Source: Hydrurus foetidus
Taxonomy: Eukaryota
NCBI GenBank assembly: GCA_900617105.1
Contig: UYFQ01000479.1
Span: 1 to 64,000 of the forward strand
DNA: 64,000 bases
Reading direction: 5' to 3'
Shown: positions 26,791 to 40,814 of the stretch, piece by piece
How the letters are laid out: every line of letters begins with the position of its first letter
Numbering within the stretch: position 1 is the stretch's first letter
Position numbers and translations under genes: made by a program
The notes under the pieces: model-generated
Database searches by the model: none
What the model was told of the DNA's origin: nothing
What the model saw: the letters and a program-made list of their open reading frames with translations, nothing else

Positions 26791-29252
26791 TCAGGGCGCT
26801 GAATACTCCGTATGAACGGGGGCGCAGAGGTCCGATATGAGTGTTTGACACCGGGTTGGATTCATGTTGTAGTAAGGAGGTCGCGTCACCACATCTAGGC
26901 AATAACAGTAAAAAAATGACATCAAATTTTAAAAATGTGCTGATTTGGGATATATAATACGGACAAGATAAGTAATCTCCTCTCACCTGCAACTATCAAA
27001 GTGTCTAAGCCACTACTACCAATCGGAGCACCCGTACTGACGTACAACTCCACCGTACGTGCAGTCAAAGAAAGTATGATATCAAATATGTCGCTTAAAG
27101 CTGATGTGCATGCTCTTGGTAAGACTGGAATCGATGGGTTCAAGATCCAGGAAATATATAGTATATTAGTTAATGAGAATAGAGTATGGGTTGTGGGTGG
27201 AATGTTGTGCAATTAATGAAGAGAAGAGTGAGATGAGAGGTTGGCGGTATTACATTTAGAAACACCATGATTGGTAAATCAAGAGCATGTAAATAGGCGA
27301 CTTGTAAAAGCCAAGAAAGTTGTGATGCATTCAACTATATAATTTAATTCACTTCCTGCATAGTGCTCACCTTGGCCTGATGAGCTTGTTTGGTTGGTAG
27401 CGAGGATCGTTGATCCGTTGGATCCCAAGGATTTTAGACAGACTCCTATACTACTTATCAGAGGATCTATACAAATTGATTTGCCTGGAAAGATGTTCAA
27501 TTTTTGATAGGAGAATATTAGTTTGTTACAGAATACATATGACTGTGGGATTGTTATTAACATAGCAGCATCGGAAGCAGTCAATAATGTCGTCAGAAGC
27601 ACAAGCCAACAATAGTAAAGGATATCAAAAACATTACTTGAACAAAATCCGAAATGCACAAACTTGAGAACCATTGAAATCGTCATTTCATGGTCGTATT
27701 TGATTCGTGCATATTCTTCAACATGTTGAGGCAGTATGCAATATAACGGTAACAAGAATTCTCTACTCTCAACTACTTGACTGACTTTTTACCCGCCTGT
27801 ATTAGTCTTTGGCTCAGACGCGCTTAATCCGAAATAAGGATTGAAGATATTATGCAGGCTATCGATAATTATCAAATCGTAATACGGATCCGAAGACTTC
27901 CTCAAGTAACTAGGTTGCACTTCATTTCCATTTGATGGTCTTTCATTTAAATCTTTCGCGATTGTCAAGATGTTCAGTAAATCCCAAGGGTCATAAGATG
28001 CACACACATCTACTCTGCGAAGTACTTCTAAACGCTCTTCTTTAGCTGTTCCTGCATGGGTATTAGAATTGCTACCTCTGCACAGTAGAGAAGCGTGTAG
28101 AGCATTTAATCGGTGTCAAATCGGTGAGATGTTAAATCGGTGACACGTTCATTCATAATACAGGTTTACAATTTATCGTAACTCTAAAATGCTGTATGTC
28201 ATCATATCAAATAATTAAGCTGAGAATAATTATTCCCATTACAAATGGGTATGCAGCATATTACAGAGCCAATTACCTGCTCAAACGCAATGCTACTAAT
28301 TGATCCAGACGTAAAGCTGTCATCCCGTTCCCCGAGTCAATGTATAAAACTTTTTTACCGATCCAGGCAGCAGAAATGGCTGACGATAAACACAGCTGAG
28401 TTTTTCCGCTGCCAGATAAACCTTCAAAGTGATCGTATTTATCAGGCTGAGTTTCCCGCTTTCAATCATATAGTTATCTTTGCTTCTTGAAAGTGCGGTC
28501 GTGATCACATTGATTTTCATTGATAATTGATTTTCAAGTAATACTCTGCCTTATTAACACTTTCGCGTGAAATTTCATCAAGGGACAGGTAAATTCTACA
28601 GAGGGTTGCTATGAACTGAGGCCAACAGGAAAGAAAATGACTGATGACACCTTAATACATTTGCAAACAATATTTGAACAGATTTCAAGGCAAGTTCACT
28701 AATTCGGAGATATACGAATATAAGTGCACCTATTTTAAACAGAGGATTGCCTCCAAATTTAGAGACCGAGAGTACCTGTAATTTCAATTACTGCAAAAGA
28801 AGGAAGCCCGGCGCCATCTAACATGCCATCAAAACTTGGCCAGCCCGTCGGGCAAGATAGACCGGAAACACCCCTCTCTCGTGATGATGACGAAGGAATT
28901 TCCTTGAATGGCGACGCTTTTTGAATAGCAGTGTATCAGAGTTTTCAAATCAGATAATTGATCCGATCAGCAAGATGAAATTCGTGATTATTTTCTGTCT
29001 GCTGTTGTTCCAAGGAGTTCGCGTGAGTTGCACTTTTGAAAGACGCTATCACGCTGTATTATTCTGTTCCGTACAACTGCAACATTACTACAAGTACTCT
29101 TCAGAATCACCTATCGGCAGAATGTTTGGTACAGCGGATGGAAAATCCATCCAAGTGGTTGACATCAGTTTCGCTTTCATCCTTCCCCTATTGCCTCCAG
29201 ATTCCGCATTTCCCGAGAGACAACTGCTCGTTCCATTGTCAAATTGCTCCAT
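26791..29252 (-). CDS. RAD51 paralog, RAD51D-like, about 7 exons (start uncertain)
   Basis: Spliced reading not shown by the ORF track: PTGWPSFDGMLDGAGLPSFAVIEITG|LSGSGKTQLC (Walker A split by an intron), VLYIDSGNGMTALRL, Walker B LIIIDSL, ILATNQ. Last exon ends at TGA 26791. Confidence 0.78.
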
Positions 29253-29362
29253 TATTCCAAAGTTCACATTCACGTCAAGAGGAATGGATGTGGGTTAACA
29301 ATCGATACTGACTTATAACCAGATGAAATGATGGAGAAATTCATGCACTACTGAAGACTGAA

Positions 29363-29956
29363 GAGTATTACCGCAGCAGAATAAAATGTCTGCTTTTCGT
29401 GCCCAAAACTCAAACACCTCGGGTCACGTCCAAATCACCCCACACCATACTGTCGAGTGCCCTTTGTTTGTCCTCAAATGTGGTATTAGGATTTATCGGA
29501 AATACACTTAAAATCACGGAAAACTTTCTCCCCGTTTTCATGTGGGAAATTTTGACCTCTGTCAAAATCACTGTTTTCGCTCCAAAATGGGCGATTTTGA
29601 ACTCGAATAGCTGCTGAGCCAAAGATCAGTTACAAGATCTATCAAAATCATAATGTCTCACGTATCCCAAAGTTGACAGTTCTCGAAGAAAGTTGAGTTG
29701 CGCTTCACTGCTACTCTTGAAACGTGCAAAAATGATCATATTTTGGCTGATATCGAAGAAAATAAAAAACCGTAATACCACATTTGAGGACAAACAAAGG
29801 GCACTCGACGGTACTAAAAAAGCAAAAAATCTGGGGAACCTTCCTCTTTTTAATTTTTAGTATGGTGTGGGGTCAGTTTTTAACCATGCCACACACACGT
29901 TTGAGTTGGATTTTGGGCATGAAAAGCAGACATTTTATTCTGCTCCGGTAATACTG
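29363..29956. mobile_element. Outer MITE (Tc1/mariner-like), about 45-bp TIR
   Basis: gagtattaccgcagcagaataaaatgtctgcttttcgtgcccaaaa (29363-29408) is the near reverse complement of the right end ...ggtaatactg, which is followed by TA. No coding capacity. Confidence 0.85.
29450..29811. mobile_element. Inner nested MITE, about 39-bp TIR, TA target-site duplication
   Basis: C[T/C]GTCGAGTGCCCTTTGTTTGTCCTCAAATGTGGTATTA is inverted at both ends, with TA at 29448-49 and 29812-13. Confidence 0.88.
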
Positions 29957-30279
29957 TATTCAGCTGCTGTAATAGTGAAAGTGATGCTCAAAATATAATC
30001 CGATCCTCAGATTTATGTTTTAGATGGACTTTAATTAAGTGCTATAGCATCATTGGAGTTGCTTCTGATGTCTGATGTCTACCTCTTGTCACATGTCATC
30101 AGAGAAACATAACATCTCCACCACAACTGCCGCGGCAATGGGGCCCGACTGCAACTGTGATGTGTCCACCAATTGTGTGAGACACTCACTTCATATCTTT
30201 TGAAGCGGACAATCCTGAACTTTCGCAGCATCAAGGCTGTTTCTGAAACGATTGTCAGAATTCACTAACGCAAGATACA

Positions 30280-32685
30280 ATGAGATTACTGCTTTCAAGG
30301 AGTAGGCGTCACAAAAAGCAATACAACATCAATCTGTATGTCTTATCAATCATTGGTCTCTGTTTTGGGATAAGCGTGTCATCGTGGAGGTACAACACTT
30401 TTTATGCAAATGGAGCTTCAACAACAAGAAGATCATCGAACAAGCCCAGTATCATGCAGTGCTTATCGAGCTCATCAGCGGAGACTGATCGGACAGATGC
30501 TGATTACTATAGCGAGAGAAGCTCCGATTCCGCAAAATTCTCACTCAGTGGATCTATATGCGGTCAGAACCGAGAGTATTTACTTGACAACTTAAACTGT
30601 CGCGATGACTGCGAGATTCAATTTTGTGGTGAGAATCCAAAGCGATGTGGTTTGATATCCTATTTGATATTAGAGATGGTCTCTCATTCACTATTAACAC
30701 ATATCAGGTCCAACATCCCATCAGGCAGTTTTAAAATGGACAACTCCTCCCAAAAGGTGACCAGCTAATCTGAATCTAACTATTACATCAAATGCACCTA
30801 TCTGTTGTGCATATCTTATCTGTTGACTGTAATGCAGTCAGGATCTTTGCCTATGAATTTCATGCTGCTTGCAGCTATCTCAGCTCTGCATGCACCTTGT
30901 CCTAATAAGATTCGTTTAATCTATCACCGACGAACAATCTGAACCCGCAGGGTTCTCCTGCTGTCTAAGCCGGATACAGTGATATTAGCAGCATTGGTAA
31001 ACTGTTTACCTTACTTAGTTGAAAAGGGATTAGAGCTATATGTGGAGGACACTGTTTATGATGAACTAATTCAGATGACTAATCCTGAGAACGAAGACAA
31101 TAAAGACAAAGACTTGATAGATGGAGATAGAACGATAGTGCCGGGCAGGCTTGCGAAGAGTACGAAGCTCCATGTATTCAACAGAAACTCTCCACGTAAA
31201 CAAGGGGTGGACTTAGTGATCGCGTTTGGTGGAGACGGGCTGTTGATGCACTGTAACACTCTCTTCGGTGGTGGCAGTATCCCCCCATCCATGTGTTTTG
31301 ACTTTGGGTCCCTGGGGTTTCTGGCCCCATTCGACTACAAAGATTTCGAGCTGGAAGTGAGTTGCATTGCTGTGTGCTGCCTTTCACTACTTCGACTTCA
31401 ATACTCTTGTCATAGATACTTCACCATCCCTCTCTCTTCCCTTTTCCCCTTCGTCCCAGTCGAGCAACTACTCATCTATCTTGCACTAACACGACGACAG
31501 GTAGATCGCGTTTTAATCGGACCAGTGTTCTTGACGCTAAGAATGCGCTTGCACGGTAGAATTATACGGATTGAAGAAGAAATAGGTACGTGCTTGTTGC
31601 TTCCATCATCAATTCTATTAAGCACCACTATTATTCTCATCGATGAATAGTAAAGATGGAGCGATGAAAAGGACAGATATTACATGCTATGGTAGCAATA
31701 GAAATCAAATAATGGCGGTAACTTCATATCTGTACAGGCTCTTTCCACATACTAAATGAAATCGTCATTGATCGGGGTCCATCTCCATTCCTGGCGATAA
31801 TCGACCTGGAGTGCGACCAGCAATATCTCACAACTGTGCAGGGGGACGGTATCATAGTCGCGACTCCAACAGGTGGGTGTAGGTTTATCAGCTAATCCCT
31901 ATTTTTTTATTTCTCTTTTCTCTATTTTCCTTCCTTCCAGCACTTGTCTGAAAGAATGGATTGAAGAATGTCACACCTAATATCATTTCATGCGTGGCAT
32001 AGAATATCTTAATTGCTGATTGAATAGCTACTACTATTTTCCATTCATCGCGTCTGCTTGCCTATCCGCTTGTCATGGTGCCATTACATTACTGAATCTC
32101 ACTGCTATATTTTACCGGGCATACAGGGTCAACGGCCTATTCTTTGGCCGCCGGTGGATCCATGGTGCATCCGTCTGTGCCGGCCATATTGCTGACCCCA
32201 ATCTGCGCACACACACTGTCATTTCGGCCCCTTCTCCTCCCCGACTCCTCAGTGCTGATGTGTTCCATCCCTACGGACTGCCGATCTAGCGGATGGGTCA
32301 GCTTCGATGGAAAGTTTAGGTAACAATTCCCTGTTTCCACTTTTTTGTCTACTATTTTCTTCCTCGCGATCGCCTATCAGTGTTCTTATTTTCTTTGCGA
32401 GATGCATAAGACGATCAATATCACTATTTTGAATTGCAGACAAGAGCTCTTACGAGGAGATAGTTTAGAAGTAAAGCTTAGCGACTACCCGATGCCCACC
32501 ATCAACAGGTAAAAATGACTTCAACATTAATTTAGATTACCTTTATTCTTGATGCCACTGTCTCTGGAGAAACAATTTATAACCTTGTAACTTCGCTACG
32601 CAGGCAAAATTTTACTGGGGATTGGTTCGATGCTTTGAGATCAAGTTTCATGTTCAATGTCCGCCCACGTCAAAAAGCAACGTAG
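30280..32685 (+). CDS. NADK: NAD kinase (ATP-NAD kinase family) with N-terminal hydrophobic/targeting extension, about 8 exons
   Basis: [63 protein letters not shown] and WVSFDG. Introns are in phase; stop TAG at 32685. Confidence 0.93.
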
Positions 32686-33504
32686 GCAAAAGACCGGGCA
32701 TTCGGCCCTATCCGACACACTTCACGATTCCAACTCAACTACTTTCATCCGTACTTTCTACAATCTCATCGCCTTTTTTTTCTCATTCCAACTCGCCTCC
32801 TACCCTCCCTTTCCGCCTACATCTTTATCCTAAATACCGGAACACGTCAGTCGTAGCATCAAAGAGTGTTGGATTGACTGTGATAAAATCTACAACTCTT
32901 GCCATGCCATGGCACCTCCGTTGCTGTGTCCTGCCGCTACTACACCGAATTTCGATCGGTCTTCCTCTCTTTCTATTCTACTATTTTTCTTTCTTCGATT
33001 GGTGAAATAGTTTATTTACTGCACACTACTGTTGCTATTGTACTCGGTTGGTTGCAGCAACTTATTGATTAGATGTCCATATTTATCAAACTTTCAACAA
33101 AACGTACAAACATTTTAGATTTGACACCGCTATCAAACAAAAGAACAGTTACCTCATCTTCTGCCAGTTCTTCTTTTCAACGCAAAAAAATTGCGGCAAC
33201 TTATAGACGGGACAACATTCTTTGAGAATCTGATTAGACAGAAGCATTCCAACTTCCAAACCGAAATGTGATAACAGTATTCGTGTATATTTTGTATTTT
33301 CACTCAATGAACTGTACAGTGCCTACCGCCACCACCTACCAAATACAAATAGAATACTAGATTCTCGATCCGCTGTCGAGAAGATCTAAAAATTGAAGAT
33401 GTTCCACCTCGCATCAGATCATCGCAACATTCTGCGCTGCTGTTGGGTATTGCTAGGTCTTTCGTTTTAAACTAGTCTGCTGGAACCCTGAGACGTCACA
33501 ATTG

Positions 33505-35192
33505 ATGCAGCCCCAACTTTTGTGGAGAGTGCTTATCGCCACACTGATTAATTGCTGCGCCTCTTTAAAAGCAACTGTGAATCGTTTGCAGTATCTGAAA
33601 TCGACGGAGTCTATCAACCGAATGTCGGTGATCTCTTTTTCACACTCGACAAAGGCCACTGTTAAATTGAAGGGTAGCTCGACGGTACATGTTGAGACAA
33701 AGAAAGATGAGGCGACTTTACATGCCGACTTAAAATCTTCCGTGAAGGAAGTAATTAAAGACTGGAAGTATAATGATGGGGAAATTGTCATTCGTTCTCT
33801 TAGCGGCGGGATAACGAACTTACTCTATACACTCACCCCTAAAACTGAAGTTTTGAGAACAGTGATAGTGAGGATCTACGGTGAAGGCACATCTCTCTTC
33901 GTTGACAGAGATGTTGAGAACATCGTGTTCGCGACGTTATCTGAACGCGGTATTGGCCCGAAATTCTACGGAACGTTTCGTAATGGCCGAGTCGAAGGAT
34001 TCTGTGAAGCGAAGACATTAAAGCCTGAAGAAATATCTGATCGAGAGGTTTTCCCGAAGACGTCCACAGCAATCGCTCAACTTCATTCGCAGACAATACC
34101 GGAGATTAATCAGAACGCGATGTTATGGACTAAGTTAGAAAGATTCTTTGATCTCGCCGAAAAGTATATGGCTACCTCTGTAGACAAAACAACAGGCTCT
34201 AGTATGACTGAGAAGGAGAACAATCTGGCGTCTATGAAGGAGCAGGGTAAATGGCTGAAAAGAAATATGGAGTCTATCGAGAAAAAGGTCAACGCAGACC
34301 TATTGATGGTTAATACTAGAAGAAAGAAACTTCGTCTACGAGGAGCTAAATTCGGATTCGATGTGCTTCTGTGTCATAACGATTTGCTGGCGGGCAATAT
34401 TCTTCTGTCCAATCATGAAAACTTTCAAGCCCCTACACGACTCAACAATATTGCCACACAGTATTCTGTTGAGGAGAAGACTTGTGGAACACTGTATGGC
34501 GATGATCTTGACTTTGGTTCATCTCAGACCCGACCACGAAGCACGTACACAGACAAAGTGCGTGCAGAACACCTGTGTACTTCTGAAGAAGAAGAGAACG
34601 TTGACACCAATGGCATAACTCTGATTGACTTCGAGTACGCAGCCAATAATTACCGCGCCTGGGACATAGCAAACCATTTCAACGAATTCGCAGGCTTCGA
34701 CTTTAACATACAGAAAGATTATCCGACTAAAGAGAGAAGGCTTGAGTTTTTGAAGTACTACGTGAAGGGGTATTACAGGCACGGATCTTCCTCAAGCAGG
34801 GAACAGCTGACGGACGTTGTGGGTGACATGGACGACTTAAACGACTTCATCGAAGGACTCGAGGTATGTTTTCAAGTTAGGCACTTTGCATTCTCTTCAG
34901 CTTATAGCGGGTGTTCAAGATGATCATGTAGCACTCTGCACTACGTGGAACACTGACGAGCACAATCGATATATAACTTACAATTATTCTTAATACTTCT
35001 ACGTAGGGTATTGTGTGCCAATATTCTCTCGCGTCTCATTTGTTTTGGGGCACATGGGCTTTACTCCAATCTCAATTGTCAACAATTGATTTCGACTTCA
35101 GCGGTTATGCGAAATTGCGATTTGACGGATACTATTATCACAAAAATTTATTTCGCTCTGCCAATTTTATTTCTGAACATTTAGCGACATAG
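33505..35192 (+). CDS. Choline/ethanolamine kinase, 2 exons
   Basis: LSGGITN, VRIYG, GPKFYGTFRNGRVE, Brenner motif CHNDLLAGNIL, LIDFEYA..NYRAWDIANHFNE. Second exon has SHLFWGTWALLQ..IDFDFSGYAKLRFDGY. Confidence 0.93.
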
Positions 35193-35402
35193 GAATTTAC
35201 ACTTGATTTTTTTTCGTAAATACTTTCTATCCGAGTGGTGCTGCCTGCGCCTCATTCATCACATAACTCATCAGATGTTGCAAATATTGTATCATTTTCC
35301 TGTAACAGATTGTTTCTACGTGCAATCAACCTATCTCAACTTTCGTGCAGCTCATCAATGTCCGCAGTGGCAGACAGTGCCACAGCTCGATGAGACAAAC
35401 TA

Positions 35403-35830
35403 CCGTCCAGTGCCTCTTTTTTTGTTTCCGATTTTGACCAATAATGCATATTTTGAAGTATATCTTCGGACACATAGAACCGATTTGAAACGTCTGCTGA
35501 CAACGAGACTAATTTGAACATTCTGAAAAAGAAATTATATGACAACATTCATTCTGGAGTAGGGGATTGGCTGCAAATTAACCTTAAAGTTGCAGCGTGG
35601 TAGCTCTCGGTAACGGAGGATCAAAATACCGTAAGTATTATGAACATCTAGAAAGATTTCAATAAACAGACTGGCTAAAGAAGTGCAGTGAATCCGAATA
35701 TCAAAAGAAACATTGTCCGAGGCATAATATTGGAGATATCTTTTACCGTAAAAATTTTAATTAGGTGATTTTCAATGTAAGTCAAAATTGAACTGCCACT
35801 TTTAGAAACAAAAGAAGAGGCACTGGACGG
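35403..35830. mobile_element. MITE related to the 29450 element
   Basis: TA|CCGTCCAGTGCCTCTTTTTTTGTTTC on the left; the reverse complement of the right end is CCGTCCAGTGCCTCTTCTTTTGTTTC. The right flank is TTA, an imperfect TSD. Confidence 0.75.
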
Positions 35831-36272
35831 TTACACGAATGATGATAATTACTAATTATCGGGTCGTTGAAAACAAGGAATTTTTGTCGTTAATGCCAAT
35901 TTGAAAAGGTCATCATTACCGAGACCAGCTACCATTACACTTCTAAAAAATCATGTGGGTTTGATGATTCTCGAAAATATCAGGTACAAATTAAGATATT
36001 TCGATGCTGTAAGCCAACTTTCAGATGACAATCATTACCTGTGATTCGAATTTGAAAATCTCCTCTCATCTCAGAACTCTTCCCACCAACAACGCCGATG
36101 TGGTACGCTTACGTCTTACACAACGTTATAATCACACCATAATTTGAAGAACTCGACTGGGCATTCCCGCCTTCAGCTTTTCCGAATCAGTTGTTGTGGA
36201 ATACTTGCTTTGTGTTTGCTCACTTGATTGAGAGCGGATGCGATAGCCTCTGACCACAGAAACTGGCTAAAA

Positions 36273-39200
36273 ATGGAAAGAAGGGTTCAATGTCTCGAGA
36301 GGATTGTCCGAGAGCAACAGCAAGAGATGGAACGTCTGATAGGGATAGTTCTCCAGAGTAATGCAGGGCTTGTCCAGCCTGACTTCCAGCACGTTCCTCT
36401 CACATCATCAGCGAATCAGAACTTCTACTTCCACGACGAAATTATTCAACCTGTTGCTCCGGCCAGGAAGCAAACTCCTGCTGTTGCAGTCAAGAGTCCT
36501 ACTCCAATAGCTCCCAGTTGGGAGACTCAAGTCAGTGGTGCAAGCTTTGTGGATGTAAAGGGCAAAGTACAAAAAGGTGTACATTCCTTCACTAGGGCCC
36601 TGCCTGTTACTCATGTCAAAAGCAAAACGAAGGCAATGAATCGAGTGCCTTTGAAGCATTCCAGGGCGGTCAACGCGGTAAGCCTTGCATTCTCTAAAAT
36701 GCGGTGACAGTCAAAACTCCCCCGCATTCTTGTGACGACCGACTGACATTGTTCTGAAATGTCCTGAAGGCGAAAGACTTCATCGATTACATAGCAAACA
36801 AGGAAAGTCTGACAGCAAAAGCAGCTGGCAGCACGCTCCCGATTCCGAACTCCTCTCGGGCTGCAGGATCTCGCTCTGTTCAACAATCTGGATCAAATAC
36901 TCCGTCTTCAACAAGTCAAAATCGAAAGAAAATATCTGCACCAACGCAAGAATTCAATGCAAAAAAGTCTGCTCAGAAACCAGCAACTACTGCGGATGTC
37001 AGAAATCGGCGACAATCACCAATTGGCGAGGCTCCAACACGAACTTCCATGATCAGTAATTATGAAAGAGATGTAGGTAGTGCGAATTTGAATAGGGTGG
37101 CCCTCGTCAATTTAAGCCACTCAGATAGAATATCATTTATCAGCAACAGCGATCGATACAATGACAGAAACCAAATAAGCAGATCTAACTACGGGCATAG
37201 TAGTGTAATGAATCAAGTGCAGGATGTCAGTCGGAATGAATATCAGAACAATGAAAACAGATTTCTACCTCGCATGAATCACTTCGATAGAATCGCTTAC
37301 GCTGGCAACAATGAACGGGCATACTACGACCAAAACAGTGAAATGGGCAATTACAGAGGCAGTTCTGATAGATACATAGACAGCGACAACTTTAGTAGAA
37401 ATGGATTCCATGAAATGGGTCCTGCTGAATTTTACGATAATGGAAACGGTGCTATAAATAACGGTCGCCAAGCAAGAAGTGGCAGTTTTTCAAGCCGAAC
37501 AGATTCAAGTGTAGAATATATGGGTAATTCTGACCGCCACAATGCGGGAAATGGGACTACACGGTTTGTTGTGAAAGCTGATCCTGCCCAGAAAAAGGCC
37601 GTAATCAACAGTAAGAATACGGCCAAGACGGCCTTACCAGCTAGCTTGCCGAGAAAAAGTCCAAAAGAAGATATAGTAATTGATCTGGTTGATAGTAATA
37701 TAGGATCTAAAAGAAAAGAGAAAGAAAAAGAGAAAAGTGCGGAAGAAAATGGCATGAGCTTTAAGAAGGCTGCTGCCACTCGAGTTGCGCTACCTGTACC
37801 TGCACCCCCCTCTTCTTCACTGCCCTCTTCCCGTACCTCTCTCCCACCTCCTCCTCCTCCCCCTCCTTCTTCTTTCCCTCCGCCATCTGTAAACACGAAG
37901 AAGATTGCTCCTTCACTCAACTATACCGCACCCACTTCTTCTTCCTCCCAATCTGTCAAGTCATATAAATCCTCTGTCTCCTCTTCCTCCTCTTCCTCTT
38001 CCTCTTCATCCGATTCTTCAACCTCCTCTTCTTCCTCTTTCAGCTGCATCCCCAGTAGCACGAACAAGTCCTCTCAGTCAAACCTCTCCCTCGAAGTCAA
38101 CGTCATCTCGCCACTCTTCTCAATCCTCCTCTCAAACTCCTCAACCACGCCCTCTCTCTCTATCCTCTTCATCACGCACTACCCCCCAATCCCCTCCCCC
38201 CAAAACAACCCTGCACCGTCCCTCCTCTCAATCTTCCTCCCACAGTACTCCCCACTCATCCTCATCTAAACAAAAAGATGTACCATTCACGGATAACTTC
38301 CACGATATGACGAAGAACGAGAGCGAAGAGGAAAGTGAAAATGAACTCGATAGAATTAAGATCAATAAAGTTCTTGCTTTGATTCAAACATTGTCAAGTC
38401 TTTCGGATAGACAACAGATGGCCGAGCAGCTCCTTGAGAAATTTAACGTAAGTCACTAAGTTACTAGTAACGGTCTGATTCCGACTTTTTTGTTCTATCT
38501 AAAAGATGACATATTTGGCACAACAGAGATTACATTCTTATCGTCTCTTTGTTTGCCCCTCTTTCTCGTACAGTTCGTCACACACTCTCCTGACACCTGA
38601 ATATCACCTTCATCTGCACCTGCAATTCGTTCTTCCTATCTTTTTGATAGACAGCACCTTTCTCGTAACTTTTTACAATTTAACACTTTATTTCTTCTGA
38701 TTTTTTCCCCTTCAATACCTAATGGTTACCTTTGTCACGATTTTTTAAACACGCACTCAACGTTTTCAACATCTCAAATTGAATATCTCTGCACAATTTT
38801 GTCAAATAGACTAAACCAGCCAAAACAAAAAAATTGATCAATGCCGGAAAGGAAATATTTCAAGAATGGCTTCTAGAGGAGGTATTGAACTTTTCAAAAG
38901 AAACTAATATAGCGTTAGTGGAAATGATGCTGAAAGTGACAGACAAGGTAAAGCCGCTTTATCTCCTCTGCGAACGTACACCGTACACAGCATAACCCAC
39001 CAAACGCCACCGCACTTCTTACGAGAACATTCGAAACTCCTTTCTAACGATTCTCAATCCTAACGATCTTCATCGAATTCTTGATAGGCTGCGTGGACGC
39101 CTGAGGATATTTCGAGACTACGTGTTGACAGGGTGCGTGGACCGCACATGTTCCCTTTCATGTTTTGACGTGTGTGCGTGCGCGTGTTCGTCTGTTTCTC

Positions 39201-39883
39201 TCTTTGCATCATCTTACTGATGAAGTGATTAATTGATGAAGTCACCCATCGTGACGTCGTCCACAAGCAACACTCTCCCTAGCTGTACGTACGCTACGTA
39301 CGAACACTTTCACACTTCATCTGGCACTTTACCGCACTCTGAGCTGTCATTCATTAGTCCCTCACGACAAAGATGGGTGAAATAGATGCAATACACTGCA
39401 CTCATCTCACTTCTTGTCCGTTGCATTTTATCTCATCCCATCCCAACATGACTGACAGACCATACGTCAGTGCTACAAGTCTTGTTCTTCCATGTTTGGA
39501 CAAGACACCTCCTCCTCCACTCAGTGTGCAGCGCTCATCAGCCTCACGAAGGAAATGTGGCCGAAATACAGGCAGATGTACAAGTCGTACAACTCCAACA
39601 CAGCGGGTATGCGGAACACGTCCGACTCGTTCAAAGAAGCAAGCGACTACTGGCAATGACAGCTGTCAAGAGAACGCACTAACTCACTTCCTAATGATCA
39701 CCTCCTTCTCTAGCATAAATTCTCTTTCTTTTCCGTCTATCCTCCATCCTCTATCTGCTAGAGCGCGGAATCAAACGGGATTTGGTACGTAAACCTGAAA
39801 TTAGATGTGAATTAAGACTTTTACAACGTGAATGTTTGCCTTCAAGCATGAAGTGGCGTATGAATCAGATAGGATGTTTGTAA
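36273..39883 (+). CDS. Uncharacterised multi-exon protein: N-terminal coiled coil, long N/S/P-rich disordered region, helical C-terminus; has an apparent frameshift
   Basis: ORF 36228 splices (intron from 36681) in frame into ORF 37049. After a frame switch near 38035, in-phase exons follow at 38810 (TKPAKTKK..), about 39089 (AAWTPEDISRLRVDR), 39459 (TIRQCYKSC..) and 39762. Both ends are uncertain. Confidence 0.6.
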
Positions 39884-40814
39884 CATCTGACGGCTACCAA
39901 TTTGTTTGGAGCTCTGTTATCGTTGTTTCGTTGAGGATGATGGTGATGTCGTTCTTTCGGTGTAATCCAGTAGTTGCCATCTTTATTGACACTGAAATCG
40001 GGTGCGTGTAAATTGAACTCAAGAGAAGTGACTGAAAGAAACTTCTTTCATGCGTGTGAAGGAACTATTATTTCATGCCTGATGGCGAAGCACCTCGACA
40101 CAGCGACGGAATATCGTCAGCTTCTCCCTCTTGAATATTGATATTTCCACTCGAGACGGGACTACAGCGAGGAATCGATCTGCAAACCTACCGGTAGACA
40201 AATAGTGGCGACTTCAGGATGCGGTGTTTAAGTCAACCCATCTATGCCGACTGCTGTCACCAGTGTCGAGTACGGCACATGTACTAGTGTGCACTGCAAC
40301 AGAATATCATGACAATATCAGTAATCTTCTCAAATTGTGGGAATAACTTCCTTCACTCCTCTCTTCAACATTTACTGAACTCATGCGAACTTCTGTCTTC
40401 TGTCTTCTGACGCCAGTAACGGCCCTGAATGGCCCCGTATTTGCATCAGATATTGACTGCCCCACATCCACCAAAACACACACACAGTATAGGAAGACCA
40501 GTTCATCTCCATTGCTCCAATTATGTTCATAGGAAATGAAGAAAAATACAAAAATATTGTGACATTACGAAAAGTTGTGTCTTCATCTTGCAAAAAGTGC
40601 GATTCAAATGAGACTTCAACTTGTCAGCAGCAGATAATATGATAGTTTTATAAATGCAGATAAATAGGTACCTCGCAATGTGCAGCATACAGCGATGTAA
40701 TAGTATGAAACAGTTTATTTATTTCCAAGCGCTGATATCTAGCGGAAGTCGGTCAAATAATGACCGGGGAAAGAAATTCAATTAACGATAGTGAGACGCA
40801 GAAGTGACTCTTCT

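Noticed and set aside
35598..35934. Short inverted repeat tggtagct..ctcggtaa as a MITE
   Set aside because: Only about 18 bp with a gap and no TSD. It overlaps the better-supported 35403-35830 element.
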